Shown: positions 62,871 to 64,000 of the stretch, one piece after another | Position numbering within the stretch: the first letter of the stretch is position 1 | How the letters are laid out: the number at the start of each line of letters is the position of its first letter | DNA from: Candidatus Tenderia sp. | GTDB taxonomy: Bacteria; Pseudomonadota; Gammaproteobacteria; Tenderiales; Tenderiaceae | Direction of reading: 5' to 3' | Assembly (NCBI GenBank): GCA_031416075.1 | Contig: JANOSY010000073.1 | Coordinates: 1 to 64,000, forward strand | DNA length: 64,000 nucleotides | Translations under genes and position numbers: made by a program | Notes under the pieces: model-generated | The model's input: only the letters and a program-made list of their open reading frames with translations | Told to the model about the DNA's origin: nothing | The model's database searches: none

Positions 62871-62873
62871 AGC

Positions 62874-64000
62874 ATGAAGTTCACCCTCAAAGACTACCAA
62901 CGGGACGCTGTGCGCGATGCATTGGCCAATATCAGAAAAGGGCATCGCCTTTGGCACGCTGAGTCCGACAAGACTGCGTTTTCCCTGACCGCTGTAACGG
63001 GTGCGGGTAAAACAGTGATGGCCGCCGCCGCATTCGAGGCGCTATTCCATGGTGATGACGAATTTGATTTCGATGCTGACCCCGGCGCAGTGGTGATCTG
63101 GTTCAGTGATGATCCTTCGTTGAACGAGCAGACCCGCTTCCGCCTGATGGAAGCCAGCGACCGCATCAACTACACCGATCTGGTGGTGGTGGAAAACACC
63201 TTCAACCGCCCCAGGTTTGATGCCGGGAAAATCTATTTCCTTAACACGCAGAAGCTGAGCAAAAACAGCTTGCTGGTTCGCGGCCACGATCAGGAGGAGA
63301 TGGAGGCCAAGGCCGGTAATCTGCTGCCGGAAACCCGTCCCGACCTGCGTGCTTACACTATCTGGGACACGATCCAGAACACCATCGAAGACCCTGAGTT
63401 GACGCTTTATCTGGTGCTGGACGAGGCGCATCGAGGCATGGGCAAGCCGACCACTGCGGCGGAAAACTCAAAAAGCACCATCGTGCAGCGGCTCATCAAT
63501 GGCTCCGGTAGCGTGCCCGGCATCCCTGTGGTATGGGGTATATCGGCGACGGTCGAGCGTTTCAACAAGGCCATTGAGTTTGCAGGCAAGCACATCAAGC
63601 TGCCGAACGTGGTGGTGGACGCCGACAAGGTGCAGGAGTCCGGCCTCATCAAGGACACCATCCTGCTGGATATTCCGGACGAGACCGGTGATTTTGATAC
63701 CGTACTGGTGCGACGCGCGACCGACAAGCTGAAGGACTCGACCGTTGCCTGGAACGAGTATGCCAAGCAACAGCAGGAGGCGCGCGTTGTTGTTCCGCTG
63801 ATGGTGTTGCAGGTACCCAATACACCCGACCCGAACGAGATCGGTCGCGCGCTGGATACCATCTTCCAGCGTTACCCCGAGTTGCCTGCGGCCAGCGTGG
63901 CACATGTGTTCGGCGACCACACCACACAGCGGTTTGGCAACCGTGATGTGCCCTACATCGAGCCGCAGCGCGTCCAGGAATCCACCTGGGTGCGTGTGCT
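62874..64000 (+). CDS. res: type III R-M restriction subunit (Res, DEAH helicase), runs off the window
   Basis: Hand translation from ATG 62874: MKFTLKDYQ...LTAVTGAGKT (Walker A)...LVLDEAHRG...ISAT; missing from the ORF track because no stop lies in the window. Confidence 0.9.
   Translation, partial: MKFTLKDYQRDAVRDALANIRKGHRLWHAESDKTAFSLTAVTGAGKTVMAAAAFEALFHGDDEFDFDADPGAVVIWFSDDPSLNEQTRFRLMEASDRINYTDLVVVENTFNRPRFDAGKIYFLNTQKLSKNSLLVRGHDQEEMEAKAGNLLPETRPDLRAYTIWDTIQNTIEDPELTLYLVLDEAHRGMGKPTTAAENSKSTIVQRLINGSGSVPGIPVVWGISATVERFNKAIEFAGKHIKLPNVVVDADKVQESGLIKDTILLDIPDETGDFDTVLVRRATDKLKDSTVAWNEYAKQQQEARVVVPLMVLQVPNTPDPNEIGRALDTIFQRYPELPAASVAHVFGDHTTQRFGNRDVPYIEPQRVQESTWVRV

Overview
A 64 kb chromosomal window from a gammaproteobacterium (inferred from the minCDE, recQ, dbpA, mtaD-ubiG and btuB/cob backbone), carrying several accessory blocks. 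(1) 1-1957: tail of an integron cassette array with four attC sites, one DUF433/PIN toxin-antitoxin cassette and repeated ORF-less cassettes. An IS911-like IS3 element cuts the array and also truncates an Xre/MbcA-type antitoxin gene. (2) 3.7-18.5 kb, AT-rich: a DUF4832 secreted protein, a LuxR regulator and a 13-gene minus-strand operon. The operon starts with a di-iron aldehyde-deformylating-oxygenase (ADO) homolog, followed by an ArsP-type permease, an ArsD/thioredoxin-like protein, a male-sterility-type acyl reductase, a polar amino-acid ABC importer, OsmC and a LolCDE/LolA/OM-barrel-like export set. This is the best candidate for an undescribed system; arsenolipid or organoarsenical metabolism is my hypothesis. 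(3) A cobalamin riboswitch and a btuB-btuM-cob salvage operon. (4) 29-41 kb, AT-rich: two DUF11-like putative pilins with an apparent N-terminal donor hairpin, a 1965-aa OmpA/Ig/beta-barrel protein and a FecR-histidine kinase-diguanylate cyclase relay. (5) Housekeeping genes. (6) An orphan T6SS DUF2169/PAAR-like effector-immunity module. (7) mtaD-ubiG, then a decayed methylase gene and a type III restriction-modification pair that runs off the window. All family assignments come from motif recognition, not database searches.
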